Shown piece by piece: positions 55,118-64,000 of a stretch of 64,000 bases of DNA. The DNA lies in assembly GCA_964201005.1 (NCBI GenBank), contig CAXNCS010000006.1, forward strand, positions 8,143 to 72,142, written 5' to 3'. The number at the start of each line of letters is the position of its first letter. The stretch's first letter is position 1. The notes under the pieces were generated by a model. The model did not search any database. It was not told the origin of the DNA and saw nothing but the letters and a program-made list of their open reading frames with translations. The stretch comes from Myxococcota bacterium. Its GTDB lineage: Bacteria; Myxococcota_A; UBA9042. Both the position numbers and the translations under genes were made by a program.

Positions 55118-56844
55118 TCCGAAGATCACAGCTGTTCCTGACGGCTTGGGCCCTGGCGGTGATGTCAGGTAGTGGCGCGTGCGGGGTGCTCAGCGTGGAA
55201 GAGCCGACCGCCAGCGGCATGTGCGCCCAGGACAGCGATTGTGCAGAAGGTCTGAGGTGTTACGATCAGCGCCTCTGTGTGGTGCGCCAGAGCCCGGCTT
55301 TTGCGGTGCAGGCACGGCTGACTCCGCCGAGCGGTTCGGGCAAGATCGTCGAGCAGTTTGCCCTTCAGTTGGACGCGACACTGCGCGGCGACACCGCGGC
55401 CCTGATGCTGGGGGAGCCGGCGCTGGTGCGGGGCACGGTCAAGCGGGCCGGTTCGTCGACCCTGGCGGCCTCGATCCCCGGGACGCTTGTGGCGAGTGCC
55501 CAGAGCCAGGACGGCACGGCGCTGAACTTTCAGGTGGCGTCGTTTGCCACGCTGCAGTCTTTTGCCGGCTCGCCGACCAAGCAGGGCTTTGAGTTGCGCG
55601 TTCAGCCCGGCTACACCTACACCGTGGTATTCCGGCCGGAGGCTGCCGAGCTGATTCCGCCGCACACCTCCAACATCACCGTGGGCGGCTCGATAGACAA
55701 CTGGAAGATCGAATTGCCAAGTGAAGATAAGCTATTGCGCGTTCGCGGACGGCTGCTGGCGGGCGGAGTGCCGCTGGTGGGGCTGCGGGCCTTTCTGATC
55801 GATGACGAGGGCAAGCTCGATTCCACCCGGGCCCTGGTCGATGGCAAAGGCGAGTTTGCCCTGTGGGTTGACCCGGCGGCCAAGCCAGGGCGGCTGCGCT
55901 TTGAGCCGGTGGACCTGGGGTCAGCGCTGCCTCAGGGCGAAACTCTTGGAGAAATCGATATCCACAAGGCGGCGCTCAAGGGAGAGCCGCTGGACCTGGG
56001 CGACCTGGACCTGGGGGCGATTGGCCCAGCGAGCGCGGTGACGCTGACGGCCACGGTGGACGGCCAGCCCGAAAGCGGTGCGCTGGTGAGGGTGCAGCGC
56101 TTGCTCAAGCCGGAGACGCAGGGAATCAAAGCGTGGATCGAGGCGCACGGCCACACCGACGATGAAGGCCGCTGGAGCGCCGAGCTGCCGCCGGGGCCGA
56201 TGGTGGTGTCCGTGATTCCGGAAGTGTACTCGGCGGCGGCGCGCTGGTCGGCCAAGGTCAAGGCGGAGTCGGGGCAATTGGCCATTGAGCTGGGCAAAAG
56301 GCCGGTGGTGATGGGTCAGGTGTTGGACTATCGGCAGCGGCCGGTGGCCCAAGCTACACTGCGGATGCGCCGCGTGACGACCGGGACCGGCGAGATCATG
56401 GCGGGGAGCACCACCTTGGGCGAGGCGGAGATTCAGGGTACCACCGACGCCGAAGGGCGCTTTGCCATGCCCGCGGACCTGGGCGGCTGGTGGCTGTGGG
56501 TGGCGCCGCGGCCTCAGGACGGCCTGCCGCGGGTGTTGGCAGCCCAAGTGGATCTGACGGCTGGCTCTGTGCCGCCCGAGTTGGCCGTGGTGGTGCCGGC
56601 GCCGGTACTGTTGGTCGGGCGCACGCTGACGGCCAAGGGCGTGGGCCTCGCCGGTGTCGCGGTGGACATCTTGGCCCAGCAGGCCCTGCATCCGCTGATC
56701 GGCTCGGCGGGGGCCAAGCGCGCGGGCATGCCGCTGCCGGGCGCCGACATCGCCTCTTCGCAGAACCGCCTCATTGGCAGTGCGACCAGCGGCAACGGCG
56801 GCGTGTTTGAGGTGCTGTTGGCGCCGCCGCAACCTCAGCCGTAA
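55108..56844 (+). CDS. Lipoprotein with repeated carboxypeptidase-regulatory-like (CarboxypepD_reg) beta-sandwich domains
   Basis: Start at MQVIRRSQLFLTAWALAVMSGSGAC. Repeated v.G.v...g.P..ga.v motifs: VRGRLLAGGVPLVGLRAFLIDDEGK, VMGQVLDYRQRPVAQATLRMRRV, LVGRTLTAKGVGLAGVAVDIL. Confidence 0.6.
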   Translation: MQVIRRSQLFLTAWALAVMSGSGACGVLSVEEPTASGMCAQDSDCAEGLRCYDQRLCVVRQSPAFAVQARLTPPSGSGKIVEQFALQLDATLRGDTAALMLGEPALVRGTVKRAGSSTLAASIPGTLVASAQSQDGTALNFQVASFATLQSFAGSPTKQGFELRVQPGYTYTVVFRPEAAELIPPHTSNITVGGSIDNWKIELPSEDKLLRVRGRLLAGGVPLVGLRAFLIDDEGKLDSTRALVDGKGEFALWVDPAAKPGRLRFEPVDLGSALPQGETLGEIDIHKAALKGEPLDLGDLDLGAIGPASAVTLTATVDGQPESGALVRVQRLLKPETQGIKAWIEAHGHTDDEGRWSAELPPGPMVVSVIPEVYSAAARWSAKVKAESGQLAIELGKRPVVMGQVLDYRQRPVAQATLRMRRVTTGTGEIMAGSTTLGEAEIQGTTDAEGRFAMPADLGGWWLWVAPRPQDGLPRVLAAQVDLTAGSVPPELAVVVPAPVLLVGRTLTAKGVGLAGVAVDILAQQALHPLIGSAGAKRAGMPLPGADIASSQNRLIGSATSGNGGVFEVLLAPPQPQP

Positions 56845-57101
56845 GCGCCACTGGCCTGAATCCGTCCGCGCCGCGCGGGCTCCCATGGGCAGCCGTGGAC
56901 GTCGCCGGTGGGGAATGCCAAACTGCGCGCCCGTGCCGTGGGCTGCAGGTGCCGACGGCGACAGTTCGCTTTGCTGTCGCGGTGTAGCCGCAGATCGGCA
57001 TCGGTGACCAGCGCGACCCACCTGCGGACGAGGGAAGCCGGCGAGTCCTTCTCGCTGGTGACTTAGAACGGTGGCCCAACAGCTCCATCAGCGAGGAAAA
57101 C

Positions 57102-58067
57102 ATGCACAAAGTCGTCATTATCGGCTCCGGCCCGGCAGGTCAGACTGCCGCCATCTACACCGCCCGCGCGCGCCTGGATCCCATCCTGTTTGAGGGCGGC
57201 TTTCTGTCCTCCGGTGACCTGATGTCGAGCGGCGGACAGCTGATGATCACCACTGAAGTGGAGAATTTTCCGGGCTTTCCTGAAGGGGTGACCGGCCCTG
57301 AGCTGGTGGAGCGGGTGCGCGCCCAGGCCAAGAAGTTTGGCACCGAGCACCGCGAAGACGTGATTGACGAAGTGGATTTCTCTGGCTTTCCCCTCAAGCT
57401 CAAGACCGGCGCGGGCGAGTGGATCGAGACGGCCACGGTGATCATCGCTACGGGGGCCAACGCCCGCTGGCTCGGCATCCCCAGCGAGCAGACCTACATG
57501 AACCGCGGCGTGTCCGCCTGTGCGACCTGTGATGGGGCATTCTTTAAGGATGTTCATGTCTTGGTCGTCGGCGGCGGCGACACGGCCATGGAAGAGGCGC
57601 AGTTCCTGACGCGCTACGCCAGCCATGTCACCCTGGTTCACCGCCGCGATAGTTTTCGCGCCAGCAAGATCATGACCGATCGCGCCCTGAAAAACCCCAA
57701 GATCTCAGTTGAATGGAACGCGGTCATCGACGAAGTGCTGGGCGACGGCAAGCGCGTGACGGGGGCGCGGCTGCGTTCGACCGTCGACGGGACGACCAAA
57801 GACCTGACGTGCGAAGGGATCTTTATGGCCATCGGCCACAGCCCCAACACGGCGGTGTTCAAGGGCCACATCGACCTGCGCGACGACGGCTACATCCAGC
57901 TGAACGGCTTTACCAACACCTCTGCCAGGGGCGTGTTTGCCGCGGGCGACGTGGCGGATTCGCGCTACCGCCAAGCGATTTCGGCCGCGGGCATGGGCTG
58001 TATGGCGGCGATCGACGCGGAGAAGCTGGTGGAAGAGTACGAGGCGAACGGCCTGATCAAGCACTGA
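57102..58067 (+). CDS. trxB: Thioredoxin-disulfide reductase
   Basis: Motifs: VVIIGSGPAGQTAAIYTARA (FAD), the redox-active CATCDG, VLVVGGGDTAMEEAQFLT (NADPH) and GVFAAGDVAD. Confidence 0.95.
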   Translation: MHKVVIIGSGPAGQTAAIYTARARLDPILFEGGFLSSGDLMSSGGQLMITTEVENFPGFPEGVTGPELVERVRAQAKKFGTEHREDVIDEVDFSGFPLKLKTGAGEWIETATVIIATGANARWLGIPSEQTYMNRGVSACATCDGAFFKDVHVLVVGGGDTAMEEAQFLTRYASHVTLVHRRDSFRASKIMTDRALKNPKISVEWNAVIDEVLGDGKRVTGARLRSTVDGTTKDLTCEGIFMAIGHSPNTAVFKGHIDLRDDGYIQLNGFTNTSARGVFAAGDVADSRYRQAISAAGMGCMAAIDAEKLVEEYEANGLIKH

Positions 58068-58098
58068 TCGCCCGCGAGACGCCACAGCAAAACGCGAA

Positions 58099-58142
58099 CG
58101 GCCCCCTGCAGAAGGTGAACTCTGCAGGGGGCCGTTTTCTTT
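58099..58142 (+). terminator. Intrinsic terminator after trxB
   Basis: 14-bp stem cggccccctgcaga / tctgcagggggccg with loop aggtgaac, followed by ttttcttt. Confidence 0.8.
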
Positions 58143-58155
58143 GGTCTATGTGCGG

Positions 58156-60201
58156 CTAGTTAAACAGCCAGGTGATGCCGATGCCGCCGCGGATCTTCTG
58201 GTTCAGGCCGCCAGTAAAGGCGTTGTCATCGTAAATCTTGCGCGCGCCCGGGTTAAAGAAGTCCATCTCAAGCTTGCCCCAGGCGTTGAGCCGCGGCGTC
58301 ACCATGAACTCGCCCTGCAGGCCAATGGGCAGTTCCCAGCCGGTGTCGCGGTCCTTGGGCTTGCCCTTGACGTCCGGATCGCCGTTGTAGCGGTCGGACC
58401 AGAAGCGGAACTGCCCGTAGATCGAGAAGGACGAGGTGTCGCCCAGCAGCAAGGAGGCCACGGGCTTGACGTGCATCGTGAAGGAGTTGCGGTCGCTCGG
58501 CCCCAAGCCGCCGCCCAGACCGCCCTGGACGCCAAAGGCAAAGGCGTTGGTGCCGACCACGCGGTAGGCGCCGGTCAGGACAAACTCGTTGATCACCCCG
58601 GAGATCGACACGTCCATTCCCGCAGCGACGTCATCGACCACGCCGGCCGAGATGGCAATCTGTATCGGCGCCGGCATCCCCACGCCCACTTGGACGGTGC
58701 CCTTGCCGACATCGTTGACATGGGCCGACATCGGGTTGCTGCGGCGCACGATCCGCGGCGGCGGCGGAGGGATCATCTTGGCGGCGACCTTGGCGGTCTG
58801 ACCGGCGAGCACCGGCACGTCGTATTCTTCTACCGCTCCGCCGGGGCCATCCTCAATGATCTTAACCTTGTGCGCGCCTTCGGCGACGTCGAGCGTCAGC
58901 GGCGTGCTGCCCTTGACCGCGCCGTCCAGGTAGACTTGGCCCTTCTTGCCCAGCGGCGCGCTGACTTCGATCTTGCCCATGGCCTGGAGCTTGGCGCTGA
59001 CTTCGGTGGAGCGCTGGGCCTCGACCGTCACCGTGTCGGAGAAGTTGGCGTAGCCGTCCGCGCGAACGGTGACCAGGTACTTGCCCGGAGGCAAATCGTC
59101 AAACATCGCCGGGGTCTTCTTCCACTCGCCGTCGCCAATGCGCGCCTGGGCGGCGGGGATGCTGGCGACCACGCTGATGCTGCCGCGGCTGGCGGCGACG
59201 GCCTGGCGCGGGCTGAGCTGGGCGGTCTTGACCTCGCCGGCCTTGACCGTGACGACTTGGCTCGCCGGCGGGTAATTGGGCGCGCGGCACTCGACCACGT
59301 GGTCGCCGGCCTTGAGGCCGCTGATCCGCGCGGGCGGCGCGCCTTTGTCCTCGCCATCGACGAAGATGACCGCCTTGGGGGCATCGCACAGCACCGTCAG
59401 CTCGCCGGTGGGGCCGGTGGAGGCTTCGAGCACGCCGCTGACGGTCTCGCGCTGGCCCTCGCGGACTTGCACGGTCTGGCGGAACGACTTGTGGCCTTCG
59501 AGCGAGAGGTCGACCTCGTAGTTGCCGGCGTCGAGATTCTCAATCACCTGCGGAGCTTTGCCCTTGGGCGCGCCGTTGAGCCGCACCTCTGCTCCCGCGG
59601 GCGCCGACGAAACGAGCAGCGATCCCTTGGGCTTCTCCTGGGCTTTGAGCACCACTTCAAACGTCGCGGTCTGGTTCTCGGTCACCTCCGCCCACTTCTC
59701 CCAGTTCACAAAACCGGCCTTGCGCACCACGATCTGGTGGCGACCCGGCGTGACGCTGACTTTGATCGGCAGCTTGCCTTTGACTTCGCCGTCGACGGCC
59801 ACTTCAGCGCCCAGCGCCGCCGCGTCACCGCCCAGGTCCAAGGTAGCGGGCATGATCTTGCGCACGAGCTGGAAGTTGAAGGTGGTCAGCTTGGCCGCGA
59901 CAGTCACGGTTTCTACCTTGTCTTCATAACCAGCTAGCTTAATAGAGATCTTGACCGGTCCCTGGGGCACGGCCACTTTCTTGAGCGGCGTCAGGCCGAG
60001 CAACCGCGACGGCGCGGGTTCCAGCAGCGTGACCTCCGCGCCCGGCGGCTGCGTGTCCAAGTTGATGGGCGAAGTCTTGATTTTTGCAGCCCAAGCCGGC
60101 GCGGCCATGGCGATCAGGGCCAAGACGGTGCAGAAAAAAGCCAGGGCGCGCGGGAGGGCCAAAGGCAGGCGCCCGCGGCGAAAGCTGAGTCGGTCGGTCA
60201 T
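58156..60201 (-). CDS. Secreted multi-PEGA-domain protein with beta-barrel-like C-terminal region
   Basis: Start at MTDRLSFRRGRLPLALPRALAFFCTVLALIAMAAPAWA within ORF 58156..60342. At least six PEGA-type units are present: DTQPPGAEVTLL, GAEVAVDGEVKGKLP, SSAPAGAEVRLNGAPKGKAP, AVIFVDGEDKGAPP, AQARIGDGEWKKTP, GQVYLDGAVKGSTP. The last roughly 200 aa alternate in hydrophobicity and end GGIGITWLFN. Confidence 0.7.
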   Translation of the reverse strand: MTDRLSFRRGRLPLALPRALAFFCTVLALIAMAAPAWAAKIKTSPINLDTQPPGAEVTLLEPAPSRLLGLTPLKKVAVPQGPVKISIKLAGYEDKVETVTVAAKLTTFNFQLVRKIMPATLDLGGDAAALGAEVAVDGEVKGKLPIKVSVTPGRHQIVVRKAGFVNWEKWAEVTENQTATFEVVLKAQEKPKGSLLVSSAPAGAEVRLNGAPKGKAPQVIENLDAGNYEVDLSLEGHKSFRQTVQVREGQRETVSGVLEASTGPTGELTVLCDAPKAVIFVDGEDKGAPPARISGLKAGDHVVECRAPNYPPASQVVTVKAGEVKTAQLSPRQAVAASRGSISVVASIPAAQARIGDGEWKKTPAMFDDLPPGKYLVTVRADGYANFSDTVTVEAQRSTEVSAKLQAMGKIEVSAPLGKKGQVYLDGAVKGSTPLTLDVAEGAHKVKIIEDGPGGAVEEYDVPVLAGQTAKVAAKMIPPPPPRIVRRSNPMSAHVNDVGKGTVQVGVGMPAPIQIAISAGVVDDVAAGMDVSISGVINEFVLTGAYRVVGTNAFAFGVQGGLGGGLGPSDRNSFTMHVKPVASLLLGDTSSFSIYGQFRFWSDRYNGDPDVKGKPKDRDTGWELPIGLQGEFMVTPRLNAWGKLEMDFFNPGARKIYDDNAFTGGLNQKIRGGIGITWLFN

Positions 60202-60498
60202 CGCCGGTCCTCGAGGTGCAGGTGCGGCGAAGGGGGCACAGCGCGCGAGAGACGTCTCATTTGCCCGCTTTTTGCCGTTTGCCGCAGCAGTTGGCGCAGA
60301 TCGTAGCCTGGACCGGCGGAGGTGGCAAATCCGCGCGCCCAACGGCTCCTATTGCGACGCGACCTTGCGGACCTTGGCGGCGACAGGGCCCGGCTGTTGG
60401 CGGCTAAAGCGCAGCGGTGAGGCCACCCCTTGCCAGCGACCGCGCCAGCGCGCTACAAGCCCACGGCAATCGCGGCCAAAGCCGCACGAGCTACGCCC

Positions 60499-62103
60499 AT
60501 GGCAATCCAATTCTCCCCAGCGGCTGGCGACGAGATGGCTGAATTTGAAGCCTTGCTCGCCGAGTCCGGCCGCAGCTCCCGCGCTCACTACAAGCCCGGC
60601 GACAAAGTGCGCGGCAAGGTCACGTTTATCGGCGAAAAGACCGCGACGCTCGACCTGAACGACGGCCAAGAAGGCCTGCTGGACCTCTCTGGCATGCGCG
60701 GCAAAGACGGCGAATTGCTGTTCAAGCTGGGCGACTTTGTCGATGCCTACGTGCTGCGGATTCGCGATCGCGTGGTGGAAGTGGCGCGGCAGATCTCCAA
60801 GAGCTCGATCAACATGGACGTGTTGCACGAAGCGGCGGCGTCGCACGTGCCGGTCGATGGCATGGTCACCGCCACCAACAAAGGCGGCTACGTGGTGGAT
60901 CTGGGCGGCGGCGCTCAGGGTTTTTGCCCGCACGCGATGATCGATATCCGCCGGGTTGAAGACGGCAACGCCTTTGTGGGCCAGAAGCTGCGCTTTCGCG
61001 TCATGGAAGTGCGGAACAACAAAGACGTCTTGGTGTCGCGCCGCGCGTACCTGGAAGAAGAGCAGCAGCGCAAGGCGGAAGAGACCCGTCGGTTGCTCAA
61101 GCCGGGAGCTCGGCTCGAGGGGACCATCGTCAATGTCCGCGATTTTGGGGCGTTTGTCGATCTAGGCGGCGTGGAGGGCATGATCCCGGCCAGCGAGCTC
61201 GCTTACGGCAAGGTCAAAGTGCAGGAAGTGGTGCAGGTCGGCGAGAAGGTCTCGGTCGAGGTCATGCGCATTGAGGCGGGTGTCGACGGCAAGGGCCGGC
61301 CGCAGGAGCGCATTTCGCTTTCTATGCGCGCGCTTGCCCAGGATCCCTTTGAGCTGCTGGCCGCGCTGCTGCAGCCAGGGGTGGTGCTGGAAGGGCGGGT
61401 GCGCCGCGTCGAGCCCTTTGGCGCTTTTGTGGAAATCGTCCCCGGTGTGGAGGGCTTGATTCACGTCAGCGCCTTTGGCAAGCGGATCAACAAGCCCGGC
61501 GACGTGGTGCTGCCCGAGCAGAAGGCGCTGGTGCGGGTGCTCGCGGTCGATCCCGCGGCGCGGCGGCTGTCGCTGGCATATGTGGCGGCGGACCAGCTTG
61601 AGAAAATTCTGGACCCTGCGGCGGCGGTGCCCGAGGCTGCGGGTGGCGCCAAAGTGGTCGGCGTGGCCCTGCCGCAAGAGAACCGCGGTGCGGGCGAAGG
61701 CCTGGCGTCGGCGCCCAGCAATGCCCGGCCAGAGAGGGCGCGCGTGCCGTCGATCGGCGAGCTGCTGAGCGTGACCGTGGATAAGCACGAGACCTTTGGC
61801 ATTTACGTTACCTGGGGTGTCCCCGGTGCTTTGGGCCGCGGCCTGTTGCCGATCTCCGAAATGGCCCTGGCCAAGGGCGGCGATCCTCGCCGAAGCCTGC
61901 CCGTGGGTTCGACTTTGGACGCCGTGGTCATCGACGCGCGCCCAGACGGTCGGGTGCGGCTGTCGCAGATCGCCGCGGCGCAGGCCCGGGAGCAGGCCCA
62001 GGCGGCCAATTGGCTGTCTGAGCAGACGACGCGCTCTTCTTCTGCCGGCGTGGGCTCGTTTGGCGAGGCCTTGATGGCCAGCCTGGGCAAAGGCAAGCGC
62101 TGA
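60499..62103 (+). CDS. Multi-S1-domain RNA-binding protein (RpsA-like)
   Basis: Repeated S1 motifs: PGDKVRGKVTFIGEKTATLDL, GMVTATNKGGYVVDLGG, GARLEGTIVNVRDFGAFVDLGGVEGMIPASEL, GVVLEGRVRRVEPFGAFVEIVPGVEGLIHVS, LLSVTVDKHETFGIYVTW. The start is taken at ATG 60499; the ORF opens at 60430. Confidence 0.8.
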   Translation: MAIQFSPAAGDEMAEFEALLAESGRSSRAHYKPGDKVRGKVTFIGEKTATLDLNDGQEGLLDLSGMRGKDGELLFKLGDFVDAYVLRIRDRVVEVARQISKSSINMDVLHEAAASHVPVDGMVTATNKGGYVVDLGGGAQGFCPHAMIDIRRVEDGNAFVGQKLRFRVMEVRNNKDVLVSRRAYLEEEQQRKAEETRRLLKPGARLEGTIVNVRDFGAFVDLGGVEGMIPASELAYGKVKVQEVVQVGEKVSVEVMRIEAGVDGKGRPQERISLSMRALAQDPFELLAALLQPGVVLEGRVRRVEPFGAFVEIVPGVEGLIHVSAFGKRINKPGDVVLPEQKALVRVLAVDPAARRLSLAYVAADQLEKILDPAAAVPEAAGGAKVVGVALPQENRGAGEGLASAPSNARPERARVPSIGELLSVTVDKHETFGIYVTWGVPGALGRGLLPISEMALAKGGDPRRSLPVGSTLDAVVIDARPDGRVRLSQIAAAQAREQAQAANWLSEQTTRSSSAGVGSFGEALMASLGKGKR

Positions 62104-62133
62104 TCGCAGCGGCAATTGGGCAAGGGTGGCGGC

Positions 62134-64000
62134 GTGAGCGGAGTGCTGGGCACGCTGACGGAGGAGCAACAGCAGGTCTGCCGGCTGCTGCCGTACCCGC
62201 TCGCGTCGGCTTGGCTCGAGGTGCTGTCTGCCGCCACCCCAGCGCAGCTGCAAGCCCGCCTGCACATTGAGATTGAGGTGATCGCCCGGCTCTTGGCGGT
62301 GGTGGCGCTCTGCGATTACCTGCGCGGCCCGGTGGTGGACGCTGTGGAGGCGCAGATCCGCAGGCTGGACCGACCTGAGCCCGAGGACTGGCTGGCGCTG
62401 CTTCAAGCGGCCCTGGACGCCCTAGCGGCGCGGCGCGACCCACCGGTGCTGATGGCCGAATTGCTCGGTTGGCGCGATCGCTTCACGCCTGCGGGCCCCC
62501 AGGGTCTCGCTCTTCTGGGCGAGTTGGTGCAGCGGCGCCGCGAGGCGATCACCAATGTCAGCGTCGATGCCCCGCACGCGCCCCAGGCCGAGGCGCTGCT
62601 GGTGGCTACTGCGGCGCTGCTGACCTCGTTGCGCTGGTTGGGGGCATGGCGGCTGCTGCGGGTCGTCGATCTGACCACGCTGCGCCACCGCGGCTTTGCC
62701 GGGCACCTGCAGCTCTTTCAAGGGGCGGACGACTCGCCCGAGCCGCTCGCAGCCGCTTGGACGGCGCACCTGGTGACAGACGCCCTCTACCTGACGGATC
62801 CTGCGGGCAGTCAGTTCCTTGAAGTCTCGCCATTCCTCAGGATTTTGCCGCACCCGCGCACCCGCCGGCCGCTGTGTTTTCTGTTTGACAGCTCGCCGCT
62901 TCACCATCAGCTGGTGCTGGCCCATCACGCAAGTGGCGTGCGCGTGGAGACCAGCATCGCCGGCCCCGACGGCCCCATGGCCCTGGGCGACTGGCTGGGG
63001 CGGCGCAACGAGCACGCCTCGTGGATGGGCAACAGCGATTTGGACCAGACGCTGGGCGTCGATCCCACCGGCGCGGCCTTTGCCAGCCCGGCGAGAATCC
63101 CAGCGCCCAGGCCGATTTCGGACCTGTCTTCGGCGGCGTTTCGCCCCGAGGAGGTGGCGGTGGGCGGCCTGCGCTCTCGCGCCGGTTTGGCCCTCCAGCT
63201 CGCGGTGGTTGCGGTGCTTGCCGTGATCACGGTGATGACTGTCGCACCGCGATTCCGCAAAGTCAGCGCGGACATTTCCGACGAAGCGGCGCGTCCGCGG
63301 CGTCAAGCTCGGCTCGCCGAGATGGCCGACGCCCGGCCTCTGCCGCGCTCGGCCGCGGCCCCCGCGCCGGCTCCCGCGCCGGCTCCTGCGCCGGCTCCTG
63401 CGCCGGCCCCCGCGCGGGCTCTGGCCGCGGCCTCTGCGCCGCAGAAGGCGGCCGCTGCCGCGGTCGCTGCCGCTCCTCCAGCAAGGCCTCTGCTCGCGGC
63501 CCAAGCGGGCGGCAAGGCCGACCTCGGGCGGTTTGCCGCCCACGCATCGCTGCGCCCCACCTACGCCGTGCTGAGCCTGCTGGCGGCCAAGCACGCGGGA
63601 CACCCCCAGGCGGACGCGGCCCTGGCACAGGTCTACGCCAAGCTAGGTCAGCACGACAAATGCCGGCACCATCTGCTCCTCGCCCTGCGGCGCACCCCTG
63701 CGGACCCTGCGCTGTTGGCGCTGGCCCAGCCCTGCAAGGCCGATCCGGCAGCGGCTGCCCGCGAGCCCGACCCGCGCATGCAGCCGCCAGAGCTGGCCCA
63801 GAAGCTGTATGCCGAGGCCTATGCGCTGATTTACGGCGGTACGCTGTCGCCGTCGCAGCGCCGCGAGTTTGCCAAGCACTTGTACGGTGAGGCCGCTGCG
63901 CTGGGGCTGGCGCGGGCTCACACCGGGCTGGCGGCGATCTACCTGTACGGAGAGTCCAACCGCGCCCGCTGCCGTGAACATGCCCAGGCGGCGGTCGATG
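62134..64000 (+). CDS. Hypothetical membrane protein with C-terminal Sel1/TPR-like repeats; partial, runs off the right edge
   Basis: Absent from the ORF track because there is no stop in the window. Manual translation from the GTG at 62134 is stop-free to 64000: VSGVLGTLTEEQQQVCRLLPYPLASAWLEVL... TM helix: GLALQLAVVAVLAVITVMTV. An (AP)n linker follows, then GLARAHTGLAAIYLYGE-type repeats. The overlapping listed ORFs are Arg-rich artefacts. Confidence 0.55.
   Translation, partial: MSGVLGTLTEEQQQVCRLLPYPLASAWLEVLSAATPAQLQARLHIEIEVIARLLAVVALCDYLRGPVVDAVEAQIRRLDRPEPEDWLALLQAALDALAARRDPPVLMAELLGWRDRFTPAGPQGLALLGELVQRRREAITNVSVDAPHAPQAEALLVATAALLTSLRWLGAWRLLRVVDLTTLRHRGFAGHLQLFQGADDSPEPLAAAWTAHLVTDALYLTDPAGSQFLEVSPFLRILPHPRTRRPLCFLFDSSPLHHQLVLAHHASGVRVETSIAGPDGPMALGDWLGRRNEHASWMGNSDLDQTLGVDPTGAAFASPARIPAPRPISDLSSAAFRPEEVAVGGLRSRAGLALQLAVVAVLAVITVMTVAPRFRKVSADISDEAARPRRQARLAEMADARPLPRSAAAPAPAPAPAPAPAPAPAPARALAAASAPQKAAAAAVAAAPPARPLLAAQAGGKADLGRFAAHASLRPTYAVLSLLAAKHAGHPQADAALAQVYAKLGQHDKCRHHLLLALRRTPADPALLALAQPCKADPAAAAREPDPRMQPPELAQKLYAEAYALIYGGTLSPSQRREFAKHLYGEAAALGLARAHTGLAAIYLYGESNRARCREHAQAAVD

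Noticed and set aside
58141-59937. 598-aa + strand ORF
   Set aside because: It is antisense to the multi-PEGA gene, with Arg/Gly/Asp/His-rich junk composition.
61162-63603. Minus-strand ORFs 61162..62406 and 62422..63603, and + ORF 63021..63890
   Set aside because: They are off-frame or antisense to the S1-domain gene and to the manually recovered 62134..64000 gene, and are Arg-rich.

Overview
This is a high-GC bacterial chromosome segment whose gene content looks Myxococcota-like (my inference from PEGA, MopE-like, lamin-tail and Cys-rich lipoprotein modules). It spans the replication-origin neighbourhood: dnaA on the minus strand diverges from rpmH-rnpA-yidD-yidC-jag on the plus strand across a 0.9 kb spacer that holds the only strongly AT-rich island I saw. 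One uninterrupted 18,684-nt ORF (17984-36667, minus strand, 6,227 aa) dominates the window. It encodes a predicted lipoprotein built from many module types:
- slime-mold-type Cys-rich repeats
- dozens of MopE-like DxDxDG/Cys motifs
- a SUEL lectin and a lamin-tail domain
- a Gly-rich beta-helix-like block
- six copies of an unrecognised repeat of 175-235 aa
- a C-type lectin domain with a TLDc domain nested inside it
- a PPC-like C-terminus

Directly upstream and co-directional lies an lspA-lgt-uppS-cdsA-lipB cluster (lipoprotein maturation and lipid carriers). A tRNA-Pro(UGG) lies directly downstream.

The left third holds a co-directional envelope gene string: a VKOR-DsbA-FGE-like-TlpA four-domain redox fusion, a phosphodiester glycosidase, a PEGA protein, a Kelch-like lipoprotein and a DUF11 surface protein. 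A TolQ/TolR/TolA-like set plus several lipoproteins follows.

The right third holds a membrane-anchored pseudokinase, lipoproteins, trxB, a multi-PEGA protein with a barrel-like tail, an S1-domain protein and an edge-truncated hypothetical gene.

I saw no rRNA, CRISPR array, transposase, integrase or recognisable defence or toxin genes. All domain calls come from motif recognition by eye; no HMM or BLAST search was run. Two edge-truncated ORFs (1-2415 minus, 62134-64000 plus) are missing from the supplied ORF track and were recovered by manual translation. Many long listed ORFs are antisense artefacts of the GC-rich codon bias.
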